A stretch of DNA of 15,491 nucleotides from Promethearchaeati archaeon (GTDB lineage: Archaea > Asgardarchaeota > Heimdallarchaeia > JABLTI01): NCBI GenBank assembly GCA_013166835.1, contig JABLTI010000064.1, positions 1 through 15,491 of the forward strand, in the 5' to 3' direction. The notes under the pieces are model-generated. The model was not told the DNA's origin. It worked only from the letters and a program-made list of their open reading frames with translations, and searched no databases. Positions within the stretch are counted from its first letter, which is position 1, and each line of letters begins with the position of its first letter. The translations under genes and the position numbers were made by a program. This document shows, piece by piece, positions 14,607-15,491 of this stretch.

Positions 14607-15491
14607 TTTTTGTCCTCCACAACTTGTTTGATTTTTTCCGTCAGCTCTTCAACCGAGAAGGGCATACCAGTAAACTTCAGTATTTTATTTTCAATCTCCA
14701 AACCAGCATAGATTTTGATTAGTTTACCGAACTGGGATGTCACATTATTTTCAACAATAATGAGTTTCTTTGCTTTCTCAAGATATTCTTTTGTTTTCTC
14801 ATGCAATGGATATACTTGCTTGAAATGAAGAAATGAAATATTTTTGTCTCCAAATGAAGTTAGTGCTTCAGTAATAGCATTACAAGTAGATCCCCAACCA
14901 ATTACAAGCGTATCATAATCTTTACCACCTATTAGGTCGGGAGGAATTACGTTCTTCTTAACTTCCTCAAGTTTCTTCAGTCTTTTCTCAACCATTTTCA
15001 CTCGAGTATTATCAAGATCCTCTGTTATGAACCCATCTTCGTCATGTTCATCACTGTCAGCTCTAACTAATCCATCTCCGAAACCAGGTATTCCTCGAGG
15101 TGATATGCCATTTTTTGTTAGTTTATATCTTTGATAACCTTCTTCTGTTTTTATTATGTGTTTGTCTATAGAGACATTGGATAAATCCAAAGAAGGGATA
15201 TTATAGTACAAATCTACGAAAAACTGATCTGTTAAAATGATCACGGGAACTTGGAATTTCTCAGCTAAATTGAAAGCTTCCTGTGTAATATAGAAAGCAT
15301 CTTTAAGTTTTCCAGGAGCTAAGATTATTCTTGGAAAATCTCCATGGCCACTATATAATGCTAATTCTAAATCTCCTTGTTCCGTTCGAGTAGGCAAACC
15401 AGTAGCTGGACCAGGTCGCTGTGCAATGTGAATAACAATAGGTGTCTCAATCATTCCACTCAAACTTATTCCCTCACTCATCAATGCAAAT
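14603..15491 (-). CDS. korA: 2-oxoacid:ferredoxin oxidoreductase alpha subunit, 5'-partial
   Basis: The frame is open to the window edge ([10 protein letters not shown]...). Motifs [40 protein letters not shown] and [10 protein letters not shown]. Confidence 0.92.
   Translation of the reverse strand, partial: FALMSEGISLSGMIETPIVIHIAQRPGPATGLPTRTEQGDLELALYSGHGDFPRIILAPGKLKDAFYITQEAFNLAEKFQVPVIILTDQFFVDLYYNIPSLDLSNVSIDKHIIKTEEGYQRYKLTKNGISPRGIPGFGDGLVRADSDEHDEDGFITEDLDNTRVKMVEKRLKKLEEVKKNVIPPDLIGGKDYDTLVIGWGSTCNAITEALTSFGDKNISFLHFKQVYPLHEKTKEYLEKAKKLIIVENNVTSQFGKLIKIYAGLEIENKILKFTGMPFSVEELTEKIKQVVEDKK

Noticed and set aside
12030-14722. ORFs 12030..12293, 12079..12297, 12662..12850, 13217..13492 and 14483..14722
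   Set aside because: They overlap genes with strong motif support (kinase, FTR, Grx, ferritin-like, korA/korB) and have no independent evidence.
1-15491. tRNA, rRNA, CRISPR array, transposase, integrase or phage genes
   Set aside because: I saw no cloverleaf, GC-rich structured RNA island, regularly spaced repeats or mobile-element motifs by eye. A covariance-model scan would be needed to exclude small RNAs.

Overview
AT-rich, gene-dense prokaryotic window with archaeal-style BRE/TATA promoters. It is most consistent with an anaerobic archaeon, possibly Asgard (Heimdallarchaeia-like), which is an inference only. From left to right it holds: a partial hypothetical gene with an acidic tail; a minus-strand three-gene operon (DUF2229 protein, HgdAB-like protein, HgdC/BadF-type activase) resembling a split PlsA/PlsR/Ger-type radical reductase system; a NIPA-like DMT transporter; a nitroreductase; a DUF998 protein; a small membrane gene interrupted by one in-frame TAG; a probably truncated membrane gene; an AlkZ/YcaQ (HTH_42) DNA-glycosylase-like gene with an HSTD motif; two tandem paralogous DUF4386-like membrane genes; a mevalonate-pathway pair (an MvaD-family decarboxylase and a GHMP kinase that looks like mevalonate kinase but carries phosphomevalonate-kinase signatures); a glutaredoxin plus ferredoxin:thioredoxin reductase operon; a 48-aa single-pass microprotein; a ferritin-like protein ending in HGSPGG; and the beta and partial alpha subunits of a 2-oxoacid:ferredoxin oxidoreductase. 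Three different perfect 17-bp palindromes lie just downstream of predicted TATA boxes. I saw no rRNA, tRNA, CRISPR array or mobile element. All family calls come from motif recognition by eye, with no database searches.
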